Below, piece after piece: positions 28,198 to 38,282 of a DNA stretch of 64,000 nt (the first letter of the stretch is position 1; every line of letters starts with the position of its first letter). Source of the stretch: Enterobacterales bacterium (lineage in GTDB: Bacteria > Pseudomonadota > Gammaproteobacteria > Enterobacterales > GCA-2746155); NCBI GenBank assembly GCA_965250035.1, contig OZ252282.1:2472515-2536514 (forward strand), in the 5' to 3' direction. The translations under genes were made by a program, and so were the position numbers. Under the pieces are notes generated by a model that made no database searches, was not told where the DNA came from, and saw nothing but the letters and a program-made list of their open reading frames with translations.

Positions 28198-29601
28198 TTA
28201 CAGCAAACGAAATACGTAGCCAACCACTTCTTCAGTATCGATATCAACTGCGAACTCTATATGAACAGGAACGCCTGGAGTCATAGCTTTGTTATGCATG
28301 TCTTTACGGAGATATTCAGTGGGTAATTCGACGCGTGTTGCTAGACGATTACCATCCAAATCGAAAAAATCAATTTCAATTCTGGGATATGGTTGTGGAA
28401 AACTGGCTCGATTAAGCAGAATCATATTCACCTTAACTGCCTTATCCTGAACCGTCACTTCTCGCGACATCAACTCAATCTTTTCGACATCACGTTGCGT
28501 TGGTATACCACAATCAATATATTGGCAAATCTCGTCAACATAGGGGCGCCATTTAGGATCTGCTGCCAATTCGAAACGCTTGAACCAGAATATTGTCGCA
28601 AGTATTGCTACCAGAATGATAAGCGAGCCAATAAACCACAACAGTTGTTTAATCCAGTCTCTGGAACTCGACGGCGTTGCTACTACCTGATCAACAGTCT
28701 TATCACGTTCATGATCAGATTCGCGTAGATCCAAATTCTCTAACGAAGAGGCAAATTGTTCTGCTTCTGACAATGGTGCCTGATAAGAGGCTTCGTGTGA
28801 TTCCTGATAATCTGCTTCTGACTGTATGGTCACGTTTACGCCATCAGTATCTTCAAATAACTCAATTTCATCTGAGTCTGGTTCACTGTTTGGCGTTAGC
28901 GCATTATCTTCAGAATCATCGCTGTAAGAATCACTGCTCAATTGTGCGTGACTAGTGGCACGAATTTGCGCGTCATCATCGAAATGCTGATGTATCTGTT
29001 GACCATCAACTAATAATACAGGAACGATGACGTCTTCTTGAGTCTCTTCTTCTTGAGTCTCTTCTTCTTGAGTCTCTTCTTCTTGAGTCTCTTCTTCTTG
29101 AGTCTCTTCTTCTTGAGTCTCTTCTTCTTGAGTCTCTTCTTCTTGAGTCTCTTCTTCTTGAGTCTCTTCTTCTTGAGTCTCTTCTTCTTGAGTCTCTTCT
29201 TCTTGAGTCTCTTCTTCTTGAGTCTCTTCCTCTTGAGTCTCTTCCTCTTGAGTTTCTACCTCTTGGGTTTCTTCCTCAATTTCATCAGTGTCTACCGATT
29301 CATTATCGGATTTGAAAGCAATTTCGAAATGCAGGTCAGTCGTTTCTTCCGACTGGGGTTTCGTCGATTCTGCTTCAGTACGGATATTTTCTTCTACTGG
29401 TAGGTATTTCTGGTAATTAGGCTCATTCGCTTTTGACTCACTAGCCGCAGAAGGCTCTTGCCCCGCAGAAGGCTCTGGATCTCGGGCGACGAAAATTTCC
29501 TTGCAATTTCCACATCTGACTCGCCCCTGGGCAACCGACAATTGCTCCTCGGTTACAAGAAAGGCCGTATCACAGTGAGGACATCGCGTATATTCAGTCA
29601 T
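28198..29601 (-). CDS. zinc-ribbon (MJ0042-type) and DUF3426 domain protein with acidic repeat linker
   Basis: N-terminal CPHCDTAF...RVRCGNCKEIF zinc ribbon, a long acidic linker containing (EETQE)n, one TM (LLWFIGSLIILVAILATIFWF), and a C-terminal DUF3426-like beta domain. The start overlaps the prmA stop (TAATG). Confidence 0.8.
   Translation of the reverse strand: MTEYTRCPHCDTAFLVTEEQLSVAQGRVRCGNCKEIFVARDPEPSAGQEPSAASESKANEPNYQKYLPVEENIRTEAESTKPQSEETTDLHFEIAFKSDNESVDTDEIEEETQEVETQEEETQEEETQEEETQEEETQEEETQEEETQEEETQEEETQEEETQEEETQEEETQEEETQEEETQEEETQEDVIVPVLLVDGQQIHQHFDDDAQIRATSHAQLSSDSYSDDSEDNALTPNSEPDSDEIELFEDTDGVNVTIQSEADYQESHEASYQAPLSEAEQFASSLENLDLRESDHERDKTVDQVVATPSSSRDWIKQLLWFIGSLIILVAILATIFWFKRFELAADPKWRPYVDEICQYIDCGIPTQRDVEKIELMSREVTVQDKAVKVNMILLNRASFPQPYPRIEIDFFDLDGNRLATRVELPTEYLRKDMHNKAMTPGVPVHIEFAVDIDTEEVVGYVFRLL
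29026..29280. repeat. 15-bp in-frame tandem repeat (about 17 units, 12 of them perfect)
   Basis: The unit AGTCTCTTCTTCTTG repeats perfectly 12 times across 29041-29220. It is flanked by 2 one-mismatch units and 3 degenerate units. On the minus strand it encodes EETQE. Confidence 0.95.
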
Positions 29602-30482
29602 TACTTTTTAATACCAGTTAGAAGTACCCAATCTTCAAGGACTACATCATCATCAAAATCTACCCAGTGCTCATAAACCGCCTTAACACTTTCAGACTGT
29701 GATTTTAAGATACCCGACATCGCAAGCCAACCACCAGGGCGAATATGTTGCACAATTTGCGGTGCTAGTTCTCGTAATGTTTCAGCGAGAATATTTGCGA
29801 CAACGCCATCGCTTTCACTTGTATCAAATTCAGAGCTATGAAGTACAGAAAATTGTGTCTCGGTGATGTCATTCCGTTCTGCGTTTTCTCGACTTGCTAA
29901 CAATGCCTGGGGATCATGGTCCGTACCAATCGCGAGCTTGGCCCCCAATTTGACTGCTGCAATAGCGAGAATCCCTGAGCCACAACCAAAATCTATGATT
30001 GTTTCATTTCCCTGTATTCTTTGCTCCAGGAATGTCAGACATAGCGCAGTCGTCGGATGAGTACCAGAACCAAATGCCAAACCTGGATCGAGCATGATGT
30101 TAACGGCACCTTCATCCGGAGGTGTATGCGTCGTTGGACATACCCATAGATTGCTGCCGAATTGCATCGGCTTGTAATCATCCATCCAGGCTCTTACCCA
30201 GTCACGATCCTCTAGGTTTTCCCACTGACTATCAGCGACACTGCGCCAGACAGGCAGATTGCTCAGACTAGCTTCAAGCTGCAAGCGATCAATATCTGCT
30301 TCAAACAATGCGACCAGAATCAATTCGTCCCAGAGTCGGATTTCGCCTGGATCGGGTTCCAGAATAGGCCTGTCTACAGCATCCAAATAGGTAATGGAAA
30401 CTGCACCATGACTTAATAGCAATGCCTCTAATGGTTCCGAGGCATCGCCGTTGATCTTCAGTCGCCACTGAATCCAACTCAT
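29601..30482 (-). CDS. prmA: ribosomal protein L11 methyltransferase
   Basis: 293 aa with the SAM motif IDFGCGSGILAIAA. Conserved position after accBC. Confidence 0.95.
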   Translation of the reverse strand: MSWIQWRLKINGDASEPLEALLLSHGAVSITYLDAVDRPILEPDPGEIRLWDELILVALFEADIDRLQLEASLSNLPVWRSVADSQWENLEDRDWVRAWMDDYKPMQFGSNLWVCPTTHTPPDEGAVNIMLDPGLAFGSGTHPTTALCLTFLEQRIQGNETIIDFGCGSGILAIAAVKLGAKLAIGTDHDPQALLASRENAERNDITETQFSVLHSSEFDTSESDGVVANILAETLRELAPQIVQHIRPGGWLAMSGILKSQSESVKAVYEHWVDFDDDVVLEDWVLLTGIKK

Positions 30483-30488
30483 ATTGGT

Positions 30489-31841
30489 TTAATCTTGTGT
30501 TCGGTTGGCTAACTTTTTCTCGAGATAGTGGATATTGGTGCCACCTCGATGGAAGTTTTCATCAGCTATTATGTCCCGTTGTAGCGGGATGTTCGTTTTA
30601 ATACCGTCGATCACAATCTCATCCAGAGCCATCTGCATTCTGGCAATCGCTACATCACGATTCTCACCATAGGTGATCAGTTTGCCAATCATAGAATCAT
30701 AATAGGGCGGGACTTTATAACCATTATATATGTGTGAGTCTAGTCTGACGCCAGGTCCACCCGGGGCATGGTAACGACTAATCGCTCCCGGAGATGGAAT
30801 GAACGTTTCAGGATCTTCCGCATTGATTCGACACTCAATGGCATGGCCACGTAACTCGATATCGCTCTGCTTAAAAGAAAGCGGCTGACCCTCAGCAATC
30901 CGCAACTGCTCCTTGATTATATCGACACCAGAAATTAACTCTGATACCGGGTGCTCAACCTGAACCCTGGTATTCATCTCAATGAAGTAAAACTCGCCTT
31001 TCTCATAAAGAAACTCGAAAGTTCCAGCACCACGATAGCCAATTTCCTGACATGCGCGAACACATCGCTCACCAATATTTTTACGCAGTTCTTGAGTAAT
31101 ACCTGGGGCCGGCGCTTCCTCAACAACTTTCTGATGGCGCCTTTGCATGGAACAATCACGCTCACCGAGATGTATCGCATTGCCATGCGTATCGCTGAGT
31201 ACCTGAATTTCAATATGGCGTGGATTCTCCAGGAATTTCTCCATATATACCACGTCATTATTAAAAGCCGCGCGTGCTTCTGCTTTGGTTAGCTCAATCG
31301 ATTTAAGAAGTTTACTCTCTTCATAGACCACTCGCATACCACGACCGCCGCCACCGCCCGATGCCTTTATGATAACCGGGTAGGCGATGCGCTTGGCTAT
31401 CGCCAGGTTCTCTTTATCATTATTACCTAATGGGCCGTCTGACCCTGGAACGCATGGCACACCAGCCTTTTTCATCGCATGAATGGCGGAGACTTTATCA
31501 CCCATGAGGTTGATGGTTTCGGCACGGGGGCCGATGAATATAAAGCCGCTCTTCTCGACCATTTCAGAAAAGTCTGCGCTTTCTGCTAAGAATCCATAGC
31601 CTGGGTGAATCGCGACTGAATCAGTAATTTCAGCAGCTGAAATCAGCGCTGGAATGTTTAGATAACTTTCCATTGCTGACGGTGGCCCGATACATATCGA
31701 TTCATCTGCTAGCCTGACGTGCATCAAATTCTCATCCGCAGTTGAGTGCACGGCAACCGTTTTGATTCCGAGCTCATGACAGGCGCGTAATATGCGCAGC
31801 GCAATCTCACCCCGATTAGCAATTAGTACCTTGTCTAACAT
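30489..31841 (-). CDS. accC: acetyl-CoA carboxylase biotin carboxylase subunit
   Basis: [21 protein letters not shown]..., ATP-grasp, 450 aa. Confidence 0.97.
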   Translation of the reverse strand: MLDKVLIANRGEIALRILRACHELGIKTVAVHSTADENLMHVRLADESICIGPPSAMESYLNIPALISAAEITDSVAIHPGYGFLAESADFSEMVEKSGFIFIGPRAETINLMGDKVSAIHAMKKAGVPCVPGSDGPLGNNDKENLAIAKRIAYPVIIKASGGGGGRGMRVVYEESKLLKSIELTKAEARAAFNNDVVYMEKFLENPRHIEIQVLSDTHGNAIHLGERDCSMQRRHQKVVEEAPAPGITQELRKNIGERCVRACQEIGYRGAGTFEFLYEKGEFYFIEMNTRVQVEHPVSELISGVDIIKEQLRIAEGQPLSFKQSDIELRGHAIECRINAEDPETFIPSPGAISRYHAPGGPGVRLDSHIYNGYKVPPYYDSMIGKLITYGENRDVAIARMQMALDEIVIDGIKTNIPLQRDIIADENFHRGGTNIHYLEKKLANRTQD

Positions 31842-31854
31842 GACAGTCTCCTAA

Positions 31855-32307
31855 TTATTCTATAACGAACAGGGGTTCATCAAACTCGACAGGGGCTGCA
31901 TCATCAACCAGAATCGCCTTAACAATGCCCGCCTTATCAGCTTCGATTTGATTCATCATCTTCATTGCCTCAACAATACACAGCGTGTCGCCAACCGCAA
32001 CAGAATCACCCACTTCAACAAAATTATTGGCACCGGGTGATGGCGCTCGATAGAAGGTACCAACCATGGGTGAATTAACTGTGTGGCCAACGGGTGCTAC
32101 AGGCTCGGCGGCAGGCGTTGGACTTTCAGCGGTTGGTGCTGCGACTGGCGCTGGTGCTGGCACAGGTGCCAGTACAGGTGCCGCGGCCGCAGCGAGTGAT
32201 GATGATCGGCTGATGCGAACTGACTCTTCGCCCTCTTTGATTTCGATTTCAGCAATGCCTGATTCTTCTAACAGCTCGATCAGTTTTTTTACTTTTCTAA
32301 TATCCAT
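31855..32307 (-). CDS. accB: acetyl-CoA carboxylase biotin carboxyl carrier protein
   Basis: Ala/Pro linker and biotinylation motif [10 protein letters not shown]. Confidence 0.95.
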   Translation of the reverse strand: MDIRKVKKLIELLEESGIAEIEIKEGEESVRISRSSSLAAAAAPVLAPVPAPAPVAAPTAESPTPAAEPVAPVGHTVNSPMVGTFYRAPSPGANNFVEVGDSVAVGDTLCIVEAMKMMNQIEADKAGIVKAILVDDAAPVEFDEPLFVIE

Positions 32308-32320
32308 AATAAACCCCTGA

Positions 32321-32761
32321 TTAATGGTTTAAGCGCCGTACTATCGAGGTCGCCGCTTCGAGATATCCATCTGGACCAGACCCACTGATAACCTCAACTG
32401 CCACATCAGAAAAATAGGAATAATGTCTGAATGGTTCGCGCGATTTTGGGTCACTGAGATGGACTTCAATGAATGGTATACTTACTGCCAGCAAGGCATC
32501 ACGAATTGACACACTGGTATGTGTGTAGCCTGCAGGGTTGATGATTATATAAGCAACCCCCTGCTCCATCGCCAGGTGAATACGATCGATGATAGCACCT
32601 TCATGATTGGACTGATAACAATCCAGTTGATGTCCCGAAGTCTCGACAAGATTAGCGACTTGCGCCTCAATATTCTCGAGACTTAAGTTACCGTATATGG
32701 ATGTCTCACGAATACCGAGTAGATTTAGATTAGGACCATTGATTAGTAATATTGTAGCCAT
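32321..32761 (-). CDS. aroQ: type II 3-dehydroquinate dehydratase
   Basis: ATG 32761 gives [19 protein letters not shown]..., the canonical AroQ N-terminus. The track start at 32854 is an upstream extension. Confidence 0.95.
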   Translation of the reverse strand: MATILLINGPNLNLLGIRETSIYGNLSLENIEAQVANLVETSGHQLDCYQSNHEGAIIDRIHLAMEQGVAYIIINPAGYTHTSVSIRDALLAVSIPFIEVHLSDPKSREPFRHYSYFSDVAVEVISGSGPDGYLEAATSIVRRLNH

Positions 32762-32990
32762 TATGCGCCTAACTTCGGGGAAATCAGCTGTTACTTGCTG
32801 ACAACTTAATAGTCGCGCAATTCTGACATCTGAAATACCTATTGTCCAGAACATTTACATTTTAACAGCAGTTTCTCGGAATTTAGCCGAACTTAAGTCA
32901 CTTTTACCCTCTTTTTGTCACCGCGAATCACAATATCATGTCTGAGTATGTTATTGTCATCCTACCTATACCACATGATGCATATCACAG

Positions 32991-34031
32991 ATGAAACTCA
33001 CGCTACACCCATATACACATGATTATTTCGATGCATGCGTAGCTCTGTTTAAATCAAATCAGGGGAAATACTTTACCTCTGAAGAAGAAACAGACTACCG
33101 TAACTTCTTATCTAATCTAACTGATCGTGACACCTACTATGTTATCCATACCGGCAGTCGCGTGGTCGCCGCTGGTGGATTTGCCGATGAAGGGGATTAC
33201 GTGGTGTTATCATGGGGCATGGTCGCAAATGATTTACACAACAATGGCATCGGAGACTTCCTAACCGCGAACCGAATCGAAAGAGCCCGACAGATATTCC
33301 CGAATAAGGAATTACGCATTGAAACATCACAACATACCGCAGATTTTTATGCCCGATATGGTTTTAACGTGAAGTCTATAACAGCGGATGGCTTCGGTAG
33401 AGGAATCGATAAGGTCGTGATGATACAGGAACCAGGGCAATCAAAATACCTACACGATAATGATAGATTTCAGACCAATCTGATACTGGAAGGCGACAAC
33501 CTTCTCCTTCGCCCGATGCAGGAAGATGACTTCAAAACCCTATTCGCAGTCGCTTCGGATCCACAAATATGGACCTTACACCCAGCGAATGACCGCTACA
33601 AGGAATCTGTTTTTAAAGAGTATTTTGCCTCTGGAATTATATCAGGAATGGCATTCATCATCGAAGAGAAAACAACCAAAACAGTCATTGGCTCATCGCG
33701 TTATCATGCACCAAACTATGCCGCTAGCTCAATAGAAATCGGTTGGACCTTCCTCGCCCGACGCTGCTGGGGTGGACCAATAAATGCAGAATTAAAACAC
33801 TTGATGATAAGGCACGCATTCGATACCTTTGCGAAGGTACATTTCTGCATTGGTGCAGACAATCATCGCTCAATAACTGCGGTTAAGAAATTGGGCGCTT
33901 ACCATCAGCCAGATATTATCGATGCGGACAGGGCTAGCTCAGTCATCTATGAGCTAACGAAAGACACCTATGTCGGTCTGGCAAATTATGGTAAGCAACG
34001 GCGATCATCACAAACAGGGGAAATTCAATGA
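32991..34031 (+). CDS. tandem GNAT-family N-acetyltransferase (two acetyltransferase domains)
   Basis: Residues about 1-150 form a GNAT fold (NNGIGDFL...FYARYGF). Residues about 165-346 are RimJ/RimL-type (LLLRPMQEDD..., IEIGWTFLARRCWGG). No obvious SD. Confidence 0.75.
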   Translation: MKLTLHPYTHDYFDACVALFKSNQGKYFTSEEETDYRNFLSNLTDRDTYYVIHTGSRVVAAGGFADEGDYVVLSWGMVANDLHNNGIGDFLTANRIERARQIFPNKELRIETSQHTADFYARYGFNVKSITADGFGRGIDKVVMIQEPGQSKYLHDNDRFQTNLILEGDNLLLRPMQEDDFKTLFAVASDPQIWTLHPANDRYKESVFKEYFASGIISGMAFIIEEKTTKTVIGSSRYHAPNYAASSIEIGWTFLARRCWGGPINAELKHLMIRHAFDTFAKVHFCIGADNHRSITAVKKLGAYHQPDIIDADRASSVIYELTKDTYVGLANYGKQRRSSQTGEIQ

Positions 34032-34372
34032 CTTCAGTTTACTTAATCGTTTTATACACCCAGCAGTTAGAGGCTAATCAATCCTTCTATGAAGCATTAG
34101 GCGTTAAATTCGAAGCCGGTCAAAATGGCGAGGGTCCAGTTCATCTGTCTGGCAAATTAGGTGATACAGTATTCGAACTTTATCCTTGTAATGATCCAGA
34201 GCAAGTGACCCAACTCAGACTAGGGCTGATGGCAGATGAACAGGCACAGCTTTCTGAGTCCGACAAACAACAACTCAATGCCATCGCTGATACTGTTCAC
34301 CCGTTCGATAACGGTCAAACCTATCTAGTCATGACTGACCCAGATGGCCGCTCAGTAGAATTTTTATATTAA
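34028..34372 (+). CDS. small VOC/glyoxalase-like protein
   Basis: ATGA overlap with the GNAT stop. Motifs [10 protein letters not shown] and [11 protein letters not shown] hint at a single VOC module. Confidence 0.6.
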   Translation: MTSVYLIVLYTQQLEANQSFYEALGVKFEAGQNGEGPVHLSGKLGDTVFELYPCNDPEQVTQLRLGLMADEQAQLSESDKQQLNAIADTVHPFDNGQTYLVMTDPDGRSVEFLY

Positions 34373-34383
34373 AGGAGATATTC

Positions 34384-34704
34384 ATGATTAAAAGTACGAC
34401 TTCGACTCTCGATGGCCACCAGATAAAGCATTACATGGGTATCGTGGTAGGTGAGGCAATTCTAGGCGCTAACATTTTCAAAGATCTATTTAGTGCCATT
34501 AGTGATATAGTCGGCGGCAGATCGGGTGCCTATGAGGCTGAAATGGGTCGCGCTCGTCAGGTAGCTTTCGAAGAGATGGAGGCAAGCGCAAAACAAATGG
34601 GAGCTGATGCGATCGTCGGTATCGATATTGACTATGAAGTCATTGGTAAGAATGGCAGTATGTTGATGGTCTCAGTCAGTGGAACTGCCGTCAGACTAGT
34701 CTAA
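34384..34704 (+). CDS. YbjQ family (UPF0145) protein
   Basis: SD AAAGGAG. 106 aa; ...[16 protein letters not shown]...GGRSGAYE...[12 protein letters not shown]-like pattern of the YbjQ family. Confidence 0.88.
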   Translation: MIKSTTSTLDGHQIKHYMGIVVGEAILGANIFKDLFSAISDIVGGRSGAYEAEMGRARQVAFEEMEASAKQMGADAIVGIDIDYEVIGKNGSMLMVSVSGTAVRLV

Positions 34705-34787
34705 TCAGTTAATGCATTTTGGCCAAGGTCATTGCTAATCGTCTGGCTGATTCATTATACTCCCATTTACATTAAAGGAGACCCCGC

Positions 34788-36335
34788 ATGAGTGTAGAAC
34801 AAACACAACAAAACTCAGGAGATAACCGCTTCTTAGAGGCAGTTGAACGAATTGGCAACAAACTGCCCGACCCCGCCATTCTTTTTGTGGCATTACTGTT
34901 TATCGTCTGGATACTTTCTTGGTTCTTATCGTACTTTACCTACGATGTAATTGACCCCAAAACCGGTGCACCACTGGTCATTAATAACCTGCTCACCGGC
35001 GCCCAATTCACTGGCTTCCTGTCCGACGTCGTCACCAACTTCAGTCACTTTCATCCTGTTGGCGTAGTACTGGTTGCGATGCTGGGTATTGGTGTTGCAG
35101 AGCATACGGGATTTATCAACGCCGGACTAAAGGCGCTGTTGAGTGTCACAGCAAAATGGTTATTGACCCCAATGGTAATTTTAGTAGGTATCGTCAGCCA
35201 CTCAGCAGTCGATGCCGGATATGTACTGGTAATTCCACTGGGCGGCGTTATATTCTACACGGCAGGTAGACATCCCCTGGCGGGTATCGCAGCGGCCTTC
35301 GCCGGTGTGTCTGGGGGCTTCTCAGCGAACTTCGTACCATCCTCTTTGGACCCTATGCTAGCCGGTCTCACACAAACCGGTACCGATATACTCGACGCGT
35401 CACTAATCATCAATCCGCTCAATAATTATATATTTACCACAGCATCCTCCGTGGTGATAATTGCTCTCGGCTGGTATATAACGGATAAAATAATCGAGCC
35501 AAGACTTGCCAAAACACCTATCGATGGCGATGAGGAAGATTTGCCCAAGATGGAAACGCTTGGTGACAGTGAGCGAAGAGGTCTAAGAGCATCGGGCCTC
35601 GCATTCTTGATATTCGTTGTCCTACTGGTTGTAACAGCAATACCTGAAGGATCCGCCTGGCGAGCTCCTGATGGTGCGCTAGGTACCGGCGACGCACCGA
35701 TGATGAAGTCCATTGTCGCGCTGATCTTTCTGATGTTCCTGATACCCGGTCTTGTGTACGGTATTTTCGCAGGTACCGTTAAAAGCTCTAAGGACATGAT
35801 CGAAGGCATGACAAAGGCGATGCATCAAATGGCATACTACCTGGTAATCATGTTCTTTATCGCTCAGTTCGTCTATGCATTCGGTAAATCAAATCTGGGT
35901 GTTCTATTAGCTTTGGAAGGAGCCTCATTACTCAAATCCATGGCCATGCCATCCTATTTCACGATCGTAGGCATTATATTGCTGACCGGATTTATTAATC
36001 TATTTGTCGGTTCGGCGAGTGGAAAATGGGGACTTCTCGCGCCCATATTCGTACCGATGCTTATGGAATTGGGAATCTCTCCAGATCTGACTCAGGCGGC
36101 CTACCGAATTGGCGACTCGAGTACTAACATCATCACCCCACTGATGCCCTATTTCCCACTGGTCGTGGTGTATTGTCAGCGCTATGTCAAGGATACAGGC
36201 ATCGGCACTCTGACCGCATTGATGCTACCTTACTCGATAACCTTTATTATCGTCTGGTCAATATTCTTAGTAGCCTATTGGCTATTAGGCTTACCACTCG
36301 GATTTGGTGCATCCTATAGCTACCCAGCACCCTGA
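34788..36335 (+). CDS. AbgT family transporter
   Basis: SD AAAGGAG. 515 aa, polytopic. The N-terminus FLEAVERIGNKLPDPAILF is characteristic of AbgT/MtrF/YdaH. Confidence 0.9.
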   Translation: MSVEQTQQNSGDNRFLEAVERIGNKLPDPAILFVALLFIVWILSWFLSYFTYDVIDPKTGAPLVINNLLTGAQFTGFLSDVVTNFSHFHPVGVVLVAMLGIGVAEHTGFINAGLKALLSVTAKWLLTPMVILVGIVSHSAVDAGYVLVIPLGGVIFYTAGRHPLAGIAAAFAGVSGGFSANFVPSSLDPMLAGLTQTGTDILDASLIINPLNNYIFTTASSVVIIALGWYITDKIIEPRLAKTPIDGDEEDLPKMETLGDSERRGLRASGLAFLIFVVLLVVTAIPEGSAWRAPDGALGTGDAPMMKSIVALIFLMFLIPGLVYGIFAGTVKSSKDMIEGMTKAMHQMAYYLVIMFFIAQFVYAFGKSNLGVLLALEGASLLKSMAMPSYFTIVGIILLTGFINLFVGSASGKWGLLAPIFVPMLMELGISPDLTQAAYRIGDSSTNIITPLMPYFPLVVVYCQRYVKDTGIGTLTALMLPYSITFIIVWSIFLVAYWLLGLPLGFGASYSYPAP

Positions 36336-36353
36336 TAATGACACACTAGAAAT

Positions 36354-36385
36354 AAAAAGGGCTGATAAATATCAGCCCTTTTTTA
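36354..36385. terminator. bidirectional rho-independent terminator (AbgT gene / dsbD)
   Basis: AAAAA-GGGCTGAT-aaat-ATCAGCCC-TTTTTT lies between the convergent stops at 36335 and 36402. Confidence 0.8.
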
Positions 36386-36401
36386 TTTGCTGAAGGATTA
36401 A

Positions 36402-38282
36402 TTATCTAAAAGCGGACTGTAATCGTTGCAAGAAGACGTCTGCTTCCTCGTACCCGGTCGCCCGGAGTTTCGTCAGCTCCTTGCCTTCCTTGTCAAATAG
36501 CAGGATTGTTGGCAAGCCGAGTACCTGGTATGCCGCCATAATTGCAGTATCATCAGAGTTATTCTCTGTCACATCAGCCTGCAGTAGGAGTACATTCTTA
36601 TCCTGTAAAAAGCGCTGAACATCACGATCCTTAAAGGTGTAATCTTCAAACTCATAGCAGGCAACACACCATTCGGCGAAGAAGTCCAACATCACTGGTC
36701 GCCCGGTTGCTGCAGCCGTCTGCAACAAGATGTCGAGTTCTCTTTTAGTCTTAAATTTCTTAAACTCAAGATGTTGTTCACTGAGGTTAGATTCACTCAA
36801 CAAACCATCTAATGGATTGTCGAGGCGGCTATTACCCAAGAATGCCCCTGTCATATATACCAGTCCCAGCGCAAATACTCCCAGCGCAAATATACGGCCA
36901 ACATTTTGTATTACTCCAGACGCAGACCGAAATGCACCAAAGTACCAGGCAGCGTGGACGAGTAAAATTGACCATAGACCCAGATAGATGAAACCGGGCT
37001 GCAAGTGACTCGTAATGTATAGGGCCAGGCCAAGCAGCATGTAACCGAAAAATGCCTTAACTTTATCCATCCAAACACCGGCTTTAGGTAGCCATTTACC
37101 ACCACCCATGCCGATCAGGATAAGGGGTAATCCCATACCAAGTCCCAGCAGGAACAACGCAAAGCCACCGGTCATTACATCACCCTTCTGCGCAATTAAC
37201 AGTAGTGCAGCAGCCAGTGGTGCTGACGTACAGGGAGATACCACGAGTGTCGCGAGTACCCCCATGATAATGACAGAAATGTATTCACCACCTTGCTGTT
37301 TTGAATTAAGGGACTGCAGCCGATCTTGTAGTGACTGTGGTAGTTGTAATTCATACATGCCAAACATGGATAATGACAACACGATGAACAAACCCGCGAC
37401 AAAAAACAGAACGACGGGGGCCTGTAAATAACCGCTCAGTGCCCCACCAGCCTGCGCCACAGCGATACCGAATAACGCATAGGTCGTCGCCATCGCCAAT
37501 ACATAGGTTGCGGACAACTTGAATGCCTTAAAGGTGGTGACGTCTTTCCCCTGGCCGGCAATAATGCTCGATAGTATGGGAATCATCGGCAACACACAGG
37601 GTGTGAAGGTTAATAATAGGCCCGCACCAAAAAATACTAACGCGATCCATAACAGGTCACCCTCAGATAAAATTTCGGCCAGTAGCTCTCGCTCACCGGC
37701 AAACTCAACTGTATCGGTATCAGATGATGGCAAGGTAGTTGTTGATGTCGATTTGCGAAGGGAGCCCTTAACGAATTCACCAACTTGCACATAGCCGGTT
37801 TCTGTCGAGGCAAATGGCTGTGCTTGAGTATCGCGTCGAAAGGTCACTTCTTTTGTTTCAGGTACGTAGCAGAGACCAGCATCTGCACAGCCTTGATACT
37901 TGAAAGTAATCGTCAGCTCATCAGTCATCTCGGTGAGTAATAAACCGACTTCCAAATGCTTGTAATAGACCTCGACGAGGCCGAAGTAAGGATCATCTTT
38001 CTCCATACCAGACGGGACAAATTGATCAGTCAATACAGCGCCATCCACCTTAAATGCCAATTGATGGTTATAAAGGTAATAGCCGGGTGCAATATTCCAG
38101 CGCAGCGCAACCTCATCGCCGATTACATCGGCCGATAACTGAAACGCATCGTCCACATCGAGAAACTCCTGCTTCTCGATATTACTGAGAACAGTTTCCA
38201 AATCATTGGTTTTTTCTTCGGCTAAAGCGCTTAGCAGTGACAAACTGAGCCATGCCGTTAAAATGTATTTAATGTACTTCAA
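36402..38282 (-). CDS. dsbD: thiol:disulfide interchange protein DsbD
   Basis: Signal peptide, central TM domain with FTPCVLPMIP, and a C-terminal thioredoxin WCVAC. The start overlaps the cutA 3' end by 14 nt. Confidence 0.93.
   Translation of the reverse strand: MKYIKYILTAWLSLSLLSALAEEKTNDLETVLSNIEKQEFLDVDDAFQLSADVIGDEVALRWNIAPGYYLYNHQLAFKVDGAVLTDQFVPSGMEKDDPYFGLVEVYYKHLEVGLLLTEMTDELTITFKYQGCADAGLCYVPETKEVTFRRDTQAQPFASTETGYVQVGEFVKGSLRKSTSTTTLPSSDTDTVEFAGERELLAEILSEGDLLWIALVFFGAGLLLTFTPCVLPMIPILSSIIAGQGKDVTTFKAFKLSATYVLAMATTYALFGIAVAQAGGALSGYLQAPVVLFFVAGLFIVLSLSMFGMYELQLPQSLQDRLQSLNSKQQGGEYISVIIMGVLATLVVSPCTSAPLAAALLLIAQKGDVMTGGFALFLLGLGMGLPLILIGMGGGKWLPKAGVWMDKVKAFFGYMLLGLALYITSHLQPGFIYLGLWSILLVHAAWYFGAFRSASGVIQNVGRIFALGVFALGLVYMTGAFLGNSRLDNPLDGLLSESNLSEQHLEFKKFKTKRELDILLQTAAATGRPVMLDFFAEWCVACYEFEDYTFKDRDVQRFLQDKNVLLLQADVTENNSDDTAIMAAYQVLGLPTILLFDKEGKELTKLRATGYEEADVFLQRLQSAFR

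Noticed and set aside
29026-29280. A regular short repeat array that could be mistaken for a CRISPR array.
   Set aside because: The units are contiguous, with no spacers. They are 15 bp long and in frame within a CDS. No cas genes occur anywhere in the window.
29038-29403. 121-aa ORF reading (LSLFF)n on the plus strand.
   Set aside because: It is the antisense reading of the 15-bp tandem repeat inside the zinc-ribbon/DUF3426 gene. It stays open only because the repeat contains no stop codon.
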